Position numbers and translations under genes: made by a program
Shown: positions 19,954 through 30,333 of the stretch, piece by piece
How positions within the stretch are numbered: position 1 is the stretch's first letter
Layout: each line of letters begins with the position of its first letter
The notes under the pieces: generated by a model
Databases searched by the model: none
Told to the model about the DNA's origin: nothing
What the model saw: only the letters and a program-made list of their open reading frames with translations
Source: an uncultured Bacilli bacterium
Lineage (GTDB): Bacteria > Bacillota_I > Bacilli_A > RF39 > UBA660
Length of the DNA: 64,000 nucleotides
Direction of reading: 5' to 3'
NCBI GenBank assembly: GCA_958413985.1
Contig: CATYVZ010000004.1
Location: 9,784 to 73,783, forward strand

Positions 19954-20008
19954 TATTTCTCTTTTTCTGATAGTATGATATAATTAAAAAGAAAATAATT
20001 AGAGAGGA

Positions 20009-20833
20009 ATGAAGATGATGAATCCCGTTTTATTAGATCTTGGTTTTATAAAAATTTATTGGTATTCAGTAATGATCTTACTAGGTATATTTGTGGGAGG
20101 ATCATTAATAATAAGGGAATGCAAGAAGTTTAAAATACCAGAGAATTATGTTATAAATATGATTGTTCTTTGCCTACTTTTTGGCATATTAGGAGCAAGA
20201 CTTTATTATGTAATATTTAACTGGAGTTATTATAGCAATAATCTATTAGAGATATTTATGATTTGGAAAGGCGGTCTTGCTATTCATGGTGGTTTACTTT
20301 TCGGTTTAATATTTATTATATTTTACACGAAAAAATATAAAGTCGATACTTTCCGGATGCTCGATATCATCGTCGTGGGTTTAATCATCGGTCAAGCGAT
20401 TGGTCGGTGGGGGAATTTTTTTAACGGTGAAGCTCATGGACCCCAAACTAGCTTAGAAACTTTACAAAGCTTATTTATTCCTAATTTCATAATTGAAGGT
20501 ATGAATATTCATGGTCTATATTACCACCCTACTTTTCTTTATGAATCGCTTTGGTGTTTACTTGGATTTATAATATTGTTGTTGTTTAGAAGAAGATATT
20601 ATTGTAAAATTGGCCAGACCACAGGTTTATATTTAATATGGTATGGCATTGGCCGCTTTTTAATCGAGGCGTTACGGACTGATAGCTTAATGTTAGGCAA
20701 TCTTAAGATGGCCCAAATCGTTTCAATATTATCGGTGGTAATTGGTTTAGTGATCATAATTATAAAATCGCGAGGTTCAAAATTAAATAATCGGTATAAT
20801 GATAAGGAGAATGTCAATGAAATACGATTTTGA
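20009..20833 (+). CDS. lgt: Prolipoprotein diacylglyceryl transferase
   Basis: GRWGNFFNGEAHG signature; multi-TM. Start may be the ATG at 20015 or 20018, since the SD AGAGAGGA abuts 20009. Confidence 0.92.
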   Translation: MKMMNPVLLDLGFIKIYWYSVMILLGIFVGGSLIIRECKKFKIPENYVINMIVLCLLFGILGARLYYVIFNWSYYSNNLLEIFMIWKGGLAIHGGLLFGLIFIIFYTKKYKVDTFRMLDIIVVGLIIGQAIGRWGNFFNGEAHGPQTSLETLQSLFIPNFIIEGMNIHGLYYHPTFLYESLWCLLGFIILLLFRRRYYCKIGQTTGLYLIWYGIGRFLIEALRTDSLMLGNLKMAQIVSILSVVIGLVIIIIKSRGSKLNNRYNDKENVNEIRF

Positions 20834-21692
20834 TTGTGTCGTCGTTGGTTCTGGTATCGCTGGTATGACAGCTGCTATATATTTAAAAAGAGCTAACTTA
20901 AATGTTTTGATTCTAGATAGCGATGCTCCAGGTGGATTACTAAATAAAATTAGTGTCATTGAAAACTATCCTGGTTTTACTAAGATAAGTGGCCCTGATT
21001 TAGCGCTTAGATTATATGAACAAGTAAAATCGTTAGATATCGAAGTTCGTTATGGTCGAGTTTTGAACATCGATGATCATATTGTCACAACTGATATAGA
21101 AAAAATAAGTGCTAATAAAGTAATTTTAGCAGTTGGAAGAAAAGCTAGAAAATTAGACAACACTAACGATCTTAAAAATGTTAGCTATTGTGCGTTATGC
21201 GATGCTAGTCTTTACAAAGATAAAATTGTCGCGATTGTCGGATGTAATAATACGGCTATTGAGGAAGCTCTTTATTTGTCTGATATTTGCCAAAAGGTTA
21301 TACTATTATGTCGCAATCTTTCTTTAAAAGGTGAAGAAGCTTTGATTGATAAATTAAAATCAAAAGATAATGTTGATTTACAATATAATTGTGTAATACA
21401 AACACTTAATAGCAAAGATAATATTTTAAATAAAATAATTACCAATAATGGTGAATTTTTAGTCGATGGAATGTTTGTTGCCATAGGATATGAACCAAGT
21501 GTTGAATTTTTAAATTCGGTTAACAAAGATAATGGCTACATTATTGTAAATGACAAGATGCAGACTAATATCGATTATATTTTTGCCTGTGGTGACATTA
21601 TAAAAAAAGATGTGTACCAATTAACGACAGCAGTTGGTGAAGCTACTACTGCTGCTATAAATGTCAAAAAAGAATTGAGAAAAGAAGTTTAA
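20817..21692 (+). CDS. Thioredoxin reductase-like flavoprotein with divergent NADPH-binding motifs
   Basis: FAD motif VVVGSGIAGMTAA, redox CALCDA, C-terminal FACGDI. GGGNxA is replaced by GCNNTA and HRRxxxR by CRNLSLKG. The ATG at 20817 is 7 nt after GGAGA. Confidence 0.85.
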   Translation: MKYDFDCVVVGSGIAGMTAAIYLKRANLNVLILDSDAPGGLLNKISVIENYPGFTKISGPDLALRLYEQVKSLDIEVRYGRVLNIDDHIVTTDIEKISANKVILAVGRKARKLDNTNDLKNVSYCALCDASLYKDKIVAIVGCNNTAIEEALYLSDICQKVILLCRNLSLKGEEALIDKLKSKDNVDLQYNCVIQTLNSKDNILNKIITNNGEFLVDGMFVAIGYEPSVEFLNSVNKDNGYIIVNDKMQTNIDYIFACGDIIKKDVYQLTTAVGEATTAAINVKKELRKEV

Positions 21693-21713
21693 TAAATCAT
21701 AGAGGGTGGTTAT

Positions 21714-22622
21714 ATGTCTTTTACAAGTATTGTTAAAAGTGAAGTTAGTAAAGTGGAAATAAACGAATTAGAGAAAATAGCTGAATTGTCAGCTATTCTT
21801 TCAACTGGAGCAATAATTGAAAAAGACATTAAAATAACAACTGAAAACGCCAGTGTTGCTAGAAGAATTTTCAATTTAATTAAAGATCTATATCAAATAA
21901 ACTGCCTAATTACAGTAAGAAAAGGAATTAACAATCAAAAATCTCTTTATATATTACAGATAAAAGATATAGGTATTTTAAATGTTTTAGGAATTTATAA
22001 TAAACAACAAGTACCTAAAGAATATATCATTGATGACGATGAATGTTTACGTGCTTACTTAAGAGGGGTTTTTCTTATGACGGGATCAGTTAATGATCCC
22101 AAAAAGTCTAGATATCATTTAGAGTTTTTAGTCGACACTAAAAAATACGGGTTGTTTTTAGTACAACTTTTAAATAAATATCAATTAAACAGTAAAATTT
22201 TAAAAAGAAAAAACAAATACATGGTCTATATCAAAGAAGCAGAAAAAATCGGCGATTTTCTTCGGATTATAAATGCCTATAATGCCGTTATGTATTATGA
22301 AGATATAAGGATATATCGTGATCATAAAAATATGACTAATCGGTTAAATAATTGCGAGCAAGCAAACGTCGACAAAATCATCGAAACTGCTAATAATCAA
22401 GTTAAAGATATTGAGTTGATCGAAAATACCATTGGGTTAAATGTTTTAGATGAAAAAGAATTAATTGTCGCTAAATATCGTCTAAAATATCGTGATGTTT
22501 CTTTGTTAGAATTAAGTCAGATAATTTCAGTGGAAACAGGACAAGTCATCACTAAATCAGGCTTATATCATCGTTTTAAGAAGATAAGCGAAAGAGCCAA
22601 TAAAATAAAGGATAAAATATGA
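21714..22622 (+). CDS. whiA: DNA-binding protein WhiA
   Basis: Degenerate LAGLIDADG-like core (LRGVFLMTGSVNDPKKSRYHLEF) plus a C-terminal HTH; typical length. Confidence 0.88.
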   Translation: MSFTSIVKSEVSKVEINELEKIAELSAILSTGAIIEKDIKITTENASVARRIFNLIKDLYQINCLITVRKGINNQKSLYILQIKDIGILNVLGIYNKQQVPKEYIIDDDECLRAYLRGVFLMTGSVNDPKKSRYHLEFLVDTKKYGLFLVQLLNKYQLNSKILKRKNKYMVYIKEAEKIGDFLRIINAYNAVMYYEDIRIYRDHKNMTNRLNNCEQANVDKIIETANNQVKDIELIENTIGLNVLDEKELIVAKYRLKYRDVSLLELSQIISVETGQVITKSGLYHRFKKISERANKIKDKI

Positions 22623-22694
22623 GAAAAAATGAAACAACTTCATTTTCTCTTTTTATTATTCACTTTTTATAGTATAATATCTTTAGGTGAAATT

Positions 22695-23672
22695 ATGGAG
22701 CAAATTTTTAAAACATTAACTGAGTTGATAAAAAAATTTGATAATATTTTAATAATGACACATAAAAATCCCGATTTTGATGGAATGGGTTCAGCGATTG
22801 GATTGCAACAAGTAATTCACAGCTTTAAAAAGAACAGTTACATTTGTATAAATAGTAATGAAAGAAACAAAGCTTTACTTAAAAGCTATAACCTTTTAAC
22901 TGAAAATAATGTGTATTTTCAAACTGTTTTAAAAAGTAAAGTTGAAACATTGATTAACGATGATACTTTGTTAATTATATTAGATACACATCGTAAGGAA
23001 ATTACCGAAGTTCCTCAATTAATCGATAAGATGGAAAATGTCATTGTTATCGATCATCACATTAAAAGTAAACATTATATAAAAGAAGGCATTTTAAGTT
23101 ATATAAATTCCAATTTATCTAGTACTGTGGAATTTATGGCTAATTACATAAAATATTTAAATAAAAAGATCGATCCTTTAGTAGCGACATTAATGTTAGT
23201 CGGTCTTGAAATCGATACTAATAATTTTAGATTAAAAACAACCGAAGCGACATATGAAGCTGCTGCATTTTTAACGCAATTAGGGGCTAATACTATGTTT
23301 AAACAAGAACTTATTCAAGAAAATAAAGCTGATTATATTAAAAGACAAAAATTGATTGAAAAAAGTTATATGGTAACTCCTAATACAGCTTTATGTATCG
23401 CTGAAGATGATTTTTATGAAAATAAAGATTTAGCTTCGATCGCTGAACAATTATTACAATTTGAAAATGTCGAATCATCATTTGTTATTGGTCGATTATC
23501 TGAGAAAGTAATCGGTATCAGTGCAAGATCGATCGGTAATATCAATGTTGAACAATATATGGCAAAACTAGGAGGCGGTGGCCACTTAAACGAAGCTGCT
23601 ACTCAAATCGAAAACAGTACAATTAAGCAGGTTCAAAAACAACTTATTGCATTGATAGGAGGTTTAAAATGA
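22695..23672 (+). CDS. Stand-alone DHH/DHHA1 phosphoesterase (NrnA/GdpP catalytic-domain type)
   Basis: [13 protein letters not shown] and GGGGH motifs. The ATG at 22695 follows AGGTGA. The upstream part of the track ORF (from 22629) contains a TATAAT box. Confidence 0.8.
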   Translation: MEQIFKTLTELIKKFDNILIMTHKNPDFDGMGSAIGLQQVIHSFKKNSYICINSNERNKALLKSYNLLTENNVYFQTVLKSKVETLINDDTLLIILDTHRKEITEVPQLIDKMENVIVIDHHIKSKHYIKEGILSYINSNLSSTVEFMANYIKYLNKKIDPLVATLMLVGLEIDTNNFRLKTTEATYEAAAFLTQLGANTMFKQELIQENKADYIKRQKLIEKSYMVTPNTALCIAEDDFYENKDLASIAEQLLQFENVESSFVIGRLSEKVIGISARSIGNINVEQYMAKLGGGGHLNEAATQIENSTIKQVQKQLIALIGGLK

Positions 23673-24106
23673 AAGTTATTTTTATAAAAGACTTAAAAGG
23701 TCAAGGAAAAAAAGGTGACATTAAAGAAGTCAAAGATGGCTATGGAAGCTTTTTGATAAAAGAAGGATATGTTGTAATCGCTAACGATGGAAATTTAAAA
23801 CATTTTAATACACAAAAAAACAAAGAAGAATTAGAAGAACAGTTAAAAATTGAAGAATGTGAAAAAATAAAAGCTCAAATTGAAAAATTAACTATAAATA
23901 TTGTCGTTAAAGTAGGAAACCAAGACCGTGTTTTTGGTAGTGTAAGTACTAAACAAATCGTTTCAGAACTAAAAAAAATAGGCTATGAAATCGATAAAAA
24001 TAAAATAAAAATTGATCATCCATTGACTAGTTTAGGTACTCATATAGTTAATATTGAATTACATAAGAAAGTTAAAGCCAATCTAAAAATTAATTTAATA
24101 AAGTAG
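23669..24106 (+). CDS. rplI: 50S ribosomal protein L9
   Basis: [26 protein letters not shown]-terminus. Synteny with dnaB. Confidence 0.95.
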   Translation: MKVIFIKDLKGQGKKGDIKEVKDGYGSFLIKEGYVVIANDGNLKHFNTQKNKEELEEQLKIEECEKIKAQIEKLTINIVVKVGNQDRVFGSVSTKQIVSELKKIGYEIDKNKIKIDHPLTSLGTHIVNIELHKKVKANLKINLIK

Positions 24107-24113
24107 GTGGGTT

Positions 24114-25466
24114 ATGAAAGAAAAAATAATACCTCATAGTATCGAAGCAGAACAAGCCGTTTTAGGTTCGATGTTTTTAACAAAATATGCTTTACAAAAA
24201 AGTATCGAAGGTTTAAACGAAAACTTATTCTATTTGGATAGTCACAGTAAAATATTTTCAGTTATAAGAGATCTTGCTGAAAATAACAAACCGATCGATA
24301 TTATGACGGTTAGTGAAGAATTAAAAAAGAAAAAATGGTTGAATACGATCGGAGGCGTCGAATACTTAACTGAAGTAGCGAGGAGTGTGCCAACATCTGC
24401 TAATATCGACGAATATATAAGAATTGTCGAAGAAAAGGCTATTTTAAGAAGATTGATCGATGAAGGAACAGCTATCGTTACGGAAGCTTATAATTCAACT
24501 AACAACATTAATGAAATTCTCGATACCGCTGAAACTAAAATTTTCAACGTAGTTAAAACAAGAAAAGGATCAGAATTTCGAAGTATTCAAGATGTCCTTT
24601 TTAAAACACAGGCTGATTTAGAAAAAATGTCTAAAAATAAAGGTGATATTACAGGAATTGCAACAGGATTTTATAAACTAGATAAAATAACGTCAGGCCT
24701 TCATCCTAATGAATTAATTATCCTCGCTGCTCGCCCAGGTATGGGTAAAACAGCTTTTGCTCTTAATTTAGCTACTAATATGGCTATGAATGGCAATACG
24801 GTTGCTTTATTTAATATGGAAATGAGCGCCGAACAACTGGTTTCGCGAATGTTATCTTCAGTTGGTCAGATTTATGGTAGTAAATTAAAAAATGGTAATT
24901 TAAAAAATGAAGATTGGAAAAGAGTAAATGAAGCTATCAGTCGTTTAGCTGATACTAAAATTTATATCGATGACACTGCTGGGATGACGATTAGTGAAAT
25001 TAGAGCTAAATGTCGTCGTTTAGCTTCGATGAAAGATGGCTTAGATGTCATCATCATCGATTATTTACAGTTGATTCAGGGGTCAGATCGCTACAAAGGA
25101 AATCGTGTCCAAGAAGTAACTGAAATTTCTCGTAGTTTGAAAACTTTAGCTATGGAATTAAAAGTTCCGGTAATCGCTTGTTCACAATTATCCCGTAGTG
25201 TTGAAACAAAAGGAAGAAAAGATAATCGTCCGATTTTGAGTGATTTAAGGGAATCGGGTTCGATCGAACAAGATGCCGATATCGTAGCGATGATCCATCG
25301 CGAAGATTATTATAACAAGGAAGCTTTAATCGATGAAAATACTAGTCGAACTACTTTAATTATTGCAAAACATCGAAATGGACCAGTTACCGATATTCCT
25401 CTTATTTTTAAAACTAACACAAGTACATTTAATTCTGTCGATGAAAGTATAGAAGGTGATTTATGA
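24114..25466 (+). CDS. dnaB: Replicative DNA helicase
   Basis: PHSIEAEQAVLGS N-terminus, Walker A ARPGMGKTAFALN, IIIDYLQL. Confidence 0.96.
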   Translation: MKEKIIPHSIEAEQAVLGSMFLTKYALQKSIEGLNENLFYLDSHSKIFSVIRDLAENNKPIDIMTVSEELKKKKWLNTIGGVEYLTEVARSVPTSANIDEYIRIVEEKAILRRLIDEGTAIVTEAYNSTNNINEILDTAETKIFNVVKTRKGSEFRSIQDVLFKTQADLEKMSKNKGDITGIATGFYKLDKITSGLHPNELIILAARPGMGKTAFALNLATNMAMNGNTVALFNMEMSAEQLVSRMLSSVGQIYGSKLKNGNLKNEDWKRVNEAISRLADTKIYIDDTAGMTISEIRAKCRRLASMKDGLDVIIIDYLQLIQGSDRYKGNRVQEVTEISRSLKTLAMELKVPVIACSQLSRSVETKGRKDNRPILSDLRESGSIEQDADIVAMIHREDYYNKEALIDENTSRTTLIIAKHRNGPVTDIPLIFKTNTSTFNSVDESIEGDL

Positions 25467-27070
25467 AAAAAGTAGGTCCCATTATTACTTGTTTAGTTCT
25501 TGGGTCAATTTTGTTTTTATTATGTTTTGATTACAGTAAAAATAATTATCCTAACGAACTTTACAACGTTTATTTAGATGGACAGTATTTAGGGACAATC
25601 GCATCAAAAGAAGAATTAGAAAATTATATTAACCAAAAAACAAGTCATTTAATTAATGTCGAACAAGTAACTAGAACCTATTGTGAAGATGAAAGAAGTC
25701 TAGAACAGGTTATAATTGACGAAAATCTACAAGAATTAATTGATAATAGTAAGGATGTAAATTATTATAAAAACGATAAACAAAAAGAATGCGTTGATAT
25801 TACTATTGAAGATGGTCAATTAATCGAACAAATTTATACTCCTAGAGGATTAAATATTGAAAAAATATTAACTTATGATAGTAGTGTTTCAACAGCGGAA
25901 GATATATATTCTAAAATAGTTGAATTAAAAACTTTTACTATTAAAGGATATCAATTTACGGTTCATAAAGAAGATAGCGAATCTTATATTTATGTAACTG
26001 ATAAAGAAATATTTGAAAAAGCAGTTAATGAATTGATCGCTACTTATGTTGGAACAGAGAATTATCAATTATATCTTGATAATAATCAATTACAGATCGA
26101 AACAGTTGGTTCATTAATCGAAAATGTTTATATTGAAGAAGAAATTACTGTAAAAGAGACACAAATAGCAATCGATGAAACAATATATACAAATTATAAT
26201 TCTTTAGCGCAATTTTTACTTTATGGCAAGGATCCAGTTACTAAAGTTTACACAGTTAAAGAAAAAGAAATGATCGAAGACATCGCTTTTGTCAATGAGA
26301 TAAGCAGTCAAGAATTTTTGATTTCTAATCCTCGCTATAAAAATGAAAATAGTTTAATTGCTGTTGGAACAGAAGTTTTAATTAAACAGACAAACCCTCA
26401 GTTGAGTGTAGTTGTTGAAAAATATGTGGTCGAAGATAAAACTAACGAATATAAGACAATTTATCAATATGATGATACACAATATGTTGGATATACAGAA
26501 GTACTTCAAGAAGGTGAAGATGGACTTGAACGAATCAGTCAAAGACAAAAGATCGTCAACGGCAATATTGAATTCGTCGATCCAGTTAGTAAGCAAACAC
26601 TAAAAAACAGTATTGATCGAATTGTCATTAAAGGTGATAAATATGTACCTAATGTTGGAGATTTAAGCAACTGGGCTTGGCCAAGTGAAAGTGGTTGGGT
26701 CATAACTGATAACTATGCTTGGCGAATTCATCCTATTACTGGTGTTCGTAGTTTCCATCAAGCAATAGATATAGCTGGTACAGGTTATAATTCAGCTATT
26801 TATGCTGCCAATAATGGTACAGTTATTATCAAAGAATCACATTATTCTTATGGTAATTATATTGTTATTAACCATAATAATGGCTACTATACGTTATATG
26901 CTCATATGAATAAGTTTTATGATGGTATCAATGTGGGATCGACAGTAGCTAGAGGACAACAAATTGGTTATGTTGGTTCAACTGGATATTCAACAGGTCC
27001 ACATATTCACTTTGAAGTTTGGAAAGATTGCCTACATTGTCATATAAGTCCTTGGAGTATATACGAATGA
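25463..27070 (+). CDS. Membrane-anchored M23 family metallopeptidase with a G5-like domain
   Basis: N-terminal TM. G5-like EGEDGLERISQRQKIVNG. M23 motifs HQAIDIAG and GPHIHFEV. Confidence 0.85.
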   Translation: MKKVGPIITCLVLGSILFLLCFDYSKNNYPNELYNVYLDGQYLGTIASKEELENYINQKTSHLINVEQVTRTYCEDERSLEQVIIDENLQELIDNSKDVNYYKNDKQKECVDITIEDGQLIEQIYTPRGLNIEKILTYDSSVSTAEDIYSKIVELKTFTIKGYQFTVHKEDSESYIYVTDKEIFEKAVNELIATYVGTENYQLYLDNNQLQIETVGSLIENVYIEEEITVKETQIAIDETIYTNYNSLAQFLLYGKDPVTKVYTVKEKEMIEDIAFVNEISSQEFLISNPRYKNENSLIAVGTEVLIKQTNPQLSVVVEKYVVEDKTNEYKTIYQYDDTQYVGYTEVLQEGEDGLERISQRQKIVNGNIEFVDPVSKQTLKNSIDRIVIKGDKYVPNVGDLSNWAWPSESGWVITDNYAWRIHPITGVRSFHQAIDIAGTGYNSAIYAANNGTVIIKESHYSYGNYIVINHNNGYYTLYAHMNKFYDGINVGSTVARGQQIGYVGSTGYSTGPHIHFEVWKDCLHCHISPWSIYE

Positions 27071-27816
27071 GAATATCAGTATTAGCTTCGGGTTCAAAGG
27101 GAAATTGTACTTATGTTGAAACCTTAGGTAATAAAATATTGATCGATATTGGTATGAGTAATTTATATGTTGAAAAAAAATTGGTGTCATTAGGTGTAAG
27201 GCCTAGTGACATCAACGGTATTTTTATAACTCATACTCATGTCGATCATATAGCAGGACTTAAAGTATTTATAAAAAAATACCACCCTACAATTTTTTTG
27301 ACTAGCAAAATGTATGAAGAATTAAAAGATTTTGTAAAAGACTATGTCATAATTGAAAATAAGATTAACTTAGGTGATCTGACTGTTGATTTTTTTAAAA
27401 CTTCCCATGATGCTTCAGATTCTTTGGGATATGTATTTAAAAATAACGATAAAGAATTTGTTTACGTTACTGATACCGGCTATATAAACGCTAAAAATTT
27501 AAATCTTTTAGTCAATAAAGATTTGTATGTTTTTGAAAGTAACCATGATGTTGAATTGTTGATGAATAATGCCAATTATCCATATCACATTAAACAAAGA
27601 ATACTTGGTGATAAGGGTCATCTTTCTAATGTTCAATGTGGCGAGTATTTAAAAAAAGTAGTTGGTGATAAAACTCAAACTATTATTTTAGCTCACCTTT
27701 CTGAACAAAATAATGATCACGAGCTAGCTTTAAATAACATTAGAAATAAAGTTAGCAATGATGTTAAAGTAATGGTTGCTAAACAAAATGAAAATACTGA
27801 GTTGATCGAAATATGA
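27067..27816 (+). CDS. MBL-fold metallo-hydrolase (YycJ/WalJ-like)
   Basis: HTHVDHIAGL. ATGA overlap with the upstream stop, which makes MRISVLASGSKGN the start. Confidence 0.85.
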   Translation: MRISVLASGSKGNCTYVETLGNKILIDIGMSNLYVEKKLVSLGVRPSDINGIFITHTHVDHIAGLKVFIKKYHPTIFLTSKMYEELKDFVKDYVIIENKINLGDLTVDFFKTSHDASDSLGYVFKNNDKEFVYVTDTGYINAKNLNLLVNKDLYVFESNHDVELLMNNANYPYHIKQRILGDKGHLSNVQCGEYLKKVVGDKTQTIILAHLSEQNNDHELALNNIRNKVSNDVKVMVAKQNENTELIEI

Positions 27817-28244
27817 TAAGAATAATATGTGTTGGGAAACTAAAAGAAAATTATTTGGTTGAAGCTTGTTTGGAATATAGTAAACGAATTACTAAATATA
27901 CTAAATTAGAAATAATCGAATTAAAAGACAGCAACATAATAGCAGAAAAAGATGAAATATTAAAACATATTCATAAAGATTATATTATCACATTAGATAT
28001 TGAAGGAAATATGATCGATTCCCCTACTTTATCTAAAAAAATTGACAGTATTTTTTTAAATAATCCTAATATTACTTTTATAATTGGCGGCTCGTGTGGA
28101 CTACATGACGATATAAAGAAATTGAGTAATTATAGTTTATCATTTTCTAGGTTAACTTTTCCTCATCAACTATTTAGGGTTATGTTGTTAGAACAGATTT
28201 ATCGTAGTTTTAAGATAATGAATAATGAAACATATCATAAATAA
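27813..28244 (+). CDS. rlmH: 23S rRNA (pseudouridine1915-N3)-methyltransferase RlmH
   Basis: SPOUT fold pattern: MIRIICVGKLKE N-terminus and FIIGGSCGL. Confidence 0.88.
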   Translation: MIRIICVGKLKENYLVEACLEYSKRITKYTKLEIIELKDSNIIAEKDEILKHIHKDYIITLDIEGNMIDSPTLSKKIDSIFLNNPNITFIIGGSCGLHDDIKKLSNYSLSFSRLTFPHQLFRVMLLEQIYRSFKIMNNETYHK

Positions 28245-28506
28245 AGAATAACTATTGCAACTTTATGTATCCTAGTTTAATGAAAAATTATTAATTTTAT
28301 TAAGAACTAATAATATGTATCTTTGAATAAGCTGTTAAAAATATTTGATTCAATTAATAGCTGAAGTTGATAAAGATAAAATTATGCAATCATATATAAA
28401 TTTAAAGTAGTGAATTTTGCTACAAATGGAAATGCTGTTCCTACAAAAGTATCTATGGTATGGTGGTAATTGACCAAAAAAATATATATTAATATGAAGT
28501 GATATT

Positions 28507-28797
28507 ATGAATAAAGTTTTGATAACTTGTTTCTTACTTTTAATTGTATGTTGTGGCTGTGATGCAAAGGAACAAAATCAAATAACAATATATTGCAATC
28601 ATGATAGTGAATTAACTTTACCTGGGTATTATAAGTTATATGAAGATGATGAGTATATATATCAAATGGCTTATGTAGATTCATACGTCGTTTACAATAA
28701 TCAACATATTTCATTTGATGAGGCGTTGAAAAATAAAATTGTCACAATAGATGAATTATTACAAAATTGTACATATTTGTATAAAGAAAAAAAATGA
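28507..28797 (+). CDS. Small hypothetical secreted or lipoprotein
   Basis: Signal-like N-terminus MNKVLITCFLLLIVCCGC. No family recognised. Confidence 0.45.
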   Translation: MNKVLITCFLLLIVCCGCDAKEQNQITIYCNHDSELTLPGYYKLYEDDEYIYQMAYVDSYVVYNNQHISFDEALKNKIVTIDELLQNCTYLYKEKK

Positions 28798-28952
28798 TTT
28801 CATGGGTATCATGTGAATTTATACTTATATGTTTAGATGCTAATATAAGAAAATATTTTTCGGCTTTAGATAGTAATGATTTAAAAGATAATTATTGAAA
28901 TACACCAAATAATTTAAAAAAGGAAAATGTTCCTTTTCCAAAACAAAAAAGA

Positions 28953-28990
28953 GCTGAGTAGAAATTATTCATTTCCACTCAGCCTTTTTT
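28953..28990. terminator. Bidirectional terminator between convergent genes
   Basis: GCTGAGTaGAAAT-tattc-ATTTCcACTCAGC with an A run upstream and a T run downstream. Confidence 0.65.
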
Positions 28991-29048
28991 ATGTTACTTT
29001 ATCATAGTTAATTTTTATTCACCCACACTATTTGACAAAGAACCTATG

Positions 29049-29621
29049 TTATTTTATCATTCCACTAGCGAATGTACAGTTTCCAGAACTACTTGAGAAT
29101 GTTCCATTTAAATAGCTTCCATCAGTTGATACCCAAACATATTTTGTTGAATAAGAACTTTTTTCAACAATTGTTCCTTCAACATTTCCGATATATGAAA
29201 TAAAATCATTATAAGAAATTCCTTCATTGATTTTTGTTTTTAATTCACTATAACGAGAAAAATCAACTTTACTATTTGCTAATGAATCTCTATCGTAATC
29301 AATACTAATTTGTCCTTTTGAACTTGAATAATAAGCTACTTGTACTCCTGTATCTTCTGATAACTCCCAATAATATTTTTGGTATTTTTCATCAAGTAAT
29401 TCTCCCTCAAATCCAATAATATCATTGATTTGTTCCACAGTGTGTTCTGGGTTTATTTTTTTAATACATTCTACTGCTGTACAATTTCCTTTAGTATTTG
29501 TTGTTGTACCTCCACCAGATACATCTCCACCATTACCAGTTGTTGAATTATTATTTCCACAACCAGTTAATGTTCCTAATACTAAAACTCCACATAATAA
29601 ACCTAATAATTTTTTCTTCAT
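29049..29621 (-). CDS. Lipoprotein, possibly a two-lobed BLIP-like fold (tentative)
   Basis: Lipobox LTGC after MKKKLLGLLCGVLVLGT. G/T/N-rich linker. Two similar halves. Confidence 0.7.
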   Translation of the reverse strand: MKKKLLGLLCGVLVLGTLTGCGNNNSTTGNGGDVSGGGTTTNTKGNCTAVECIKKINPEHTVEQINDIIGFEGELLDEKYQKYYWELSEDTGVQVAYYSSSKGQISIDYDRDSLANSKVDFSRYSELKTKINEGISYNDFISYIGNVEGTIVEKSSYSTKYVWVSTDGSYLNGTFSSSSGNCTFASGMIK

Positions 29622-29640
29622 CTTTTATTCACCACCTATT

Positions 29641-30333
29641 TTAATCTACTTCATAAGAAGCCTCATTAACGAATATTTTAATATCATCATATTTTATCAA
29701 TTCATCATTTTCAGATTCCCAATCTTCAGGAATTTCAACTTCTTCAGTTATTGATTCATTTGGCTCTAAATATCCGCTTAATTCTTCAATAGCAATAATT
29801 TTACCATTCTTCATAAATGCAACAACTACAACTGTATCTAATTCATATTGTGAAGTATTTTTAACAGTTACATTTACATTTTCACTACTTTCAGTATAAC
29901 TTGTTTGAATACTCTCATTGTATAATTTATCAGCACCTACAATAATTTGATATTCATCATCAACTTCAAATGTTAAATCAATTTTAGCAGGTGTTACAGG
30001 TTCATAATCTTTTTGTGGCATATCTAGCGCAACAACTATTTCTGTACCTACTTTAAAATTAAATCCTGAAGTAAAATCATCAGAAAGAGTATTACCATTT
30101 TCATCATAATAAACTGCTTTTACGTCATAAGCACCTACATCTATATCTCCATTATTTTCAAGTTTTATTATTAAGTATTCATTGTCATAAGAAGTATAAG
30201 TTTTTACTTCCATACCATCTGGTACATTTAAATTAACATTATATTTAGATGAGTCATCTCCACCTAAACTACAACCTGTTAGATATAAAACTCCTACAAG
30301 TAATCCACCTAAAAATCCAAATATTTTTTTCAT
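29641..30333 (-). CDS. Lipoprotein with two beta-sandwich-like modules (FxLYD/DUF4352-like, tentative)
   Basis: Lipobox LTGC. Repeated V.V.N.g pattern typical of Ig-like envelope domains. Confidence 0.7.
   Translation of the reverse strand: MKKIFGFLGGLLVGVLYLTGCSLGGDDSSKYNVNLNVPDGMEVKTYTSYDNEYLIIKLENNGDIDVGAYDVKAVYYDENGNTLSDDFTSGFNFKVGTEIVVALDMPQKDYEPVTPAKIDLTFEVDDEYQIIVGADKLYNESIQTSYTESSENVNVTVKNTSQYELDTVVVVAFMKNGKIIAIEELSGYLEPNESITEEVEIPEDWESENDELIKYDDIKIFVNEASYEVD

Noticed and set aside
18004-20833. uvrB followed by lgt rather than uvrA
   Set aside because: This is a gene-order difference only. uvrA is probably elsewhere, so it is not informative without the whole genome.
28245-28506. 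260-bp non-coding gap after rlmH as a possible small RNA or pseudogene
   Set aside because: It is AT-rich, with no stable helices, no SD-linked ORF and no recognisable remnant. It is probably just the junction of the inserted island.
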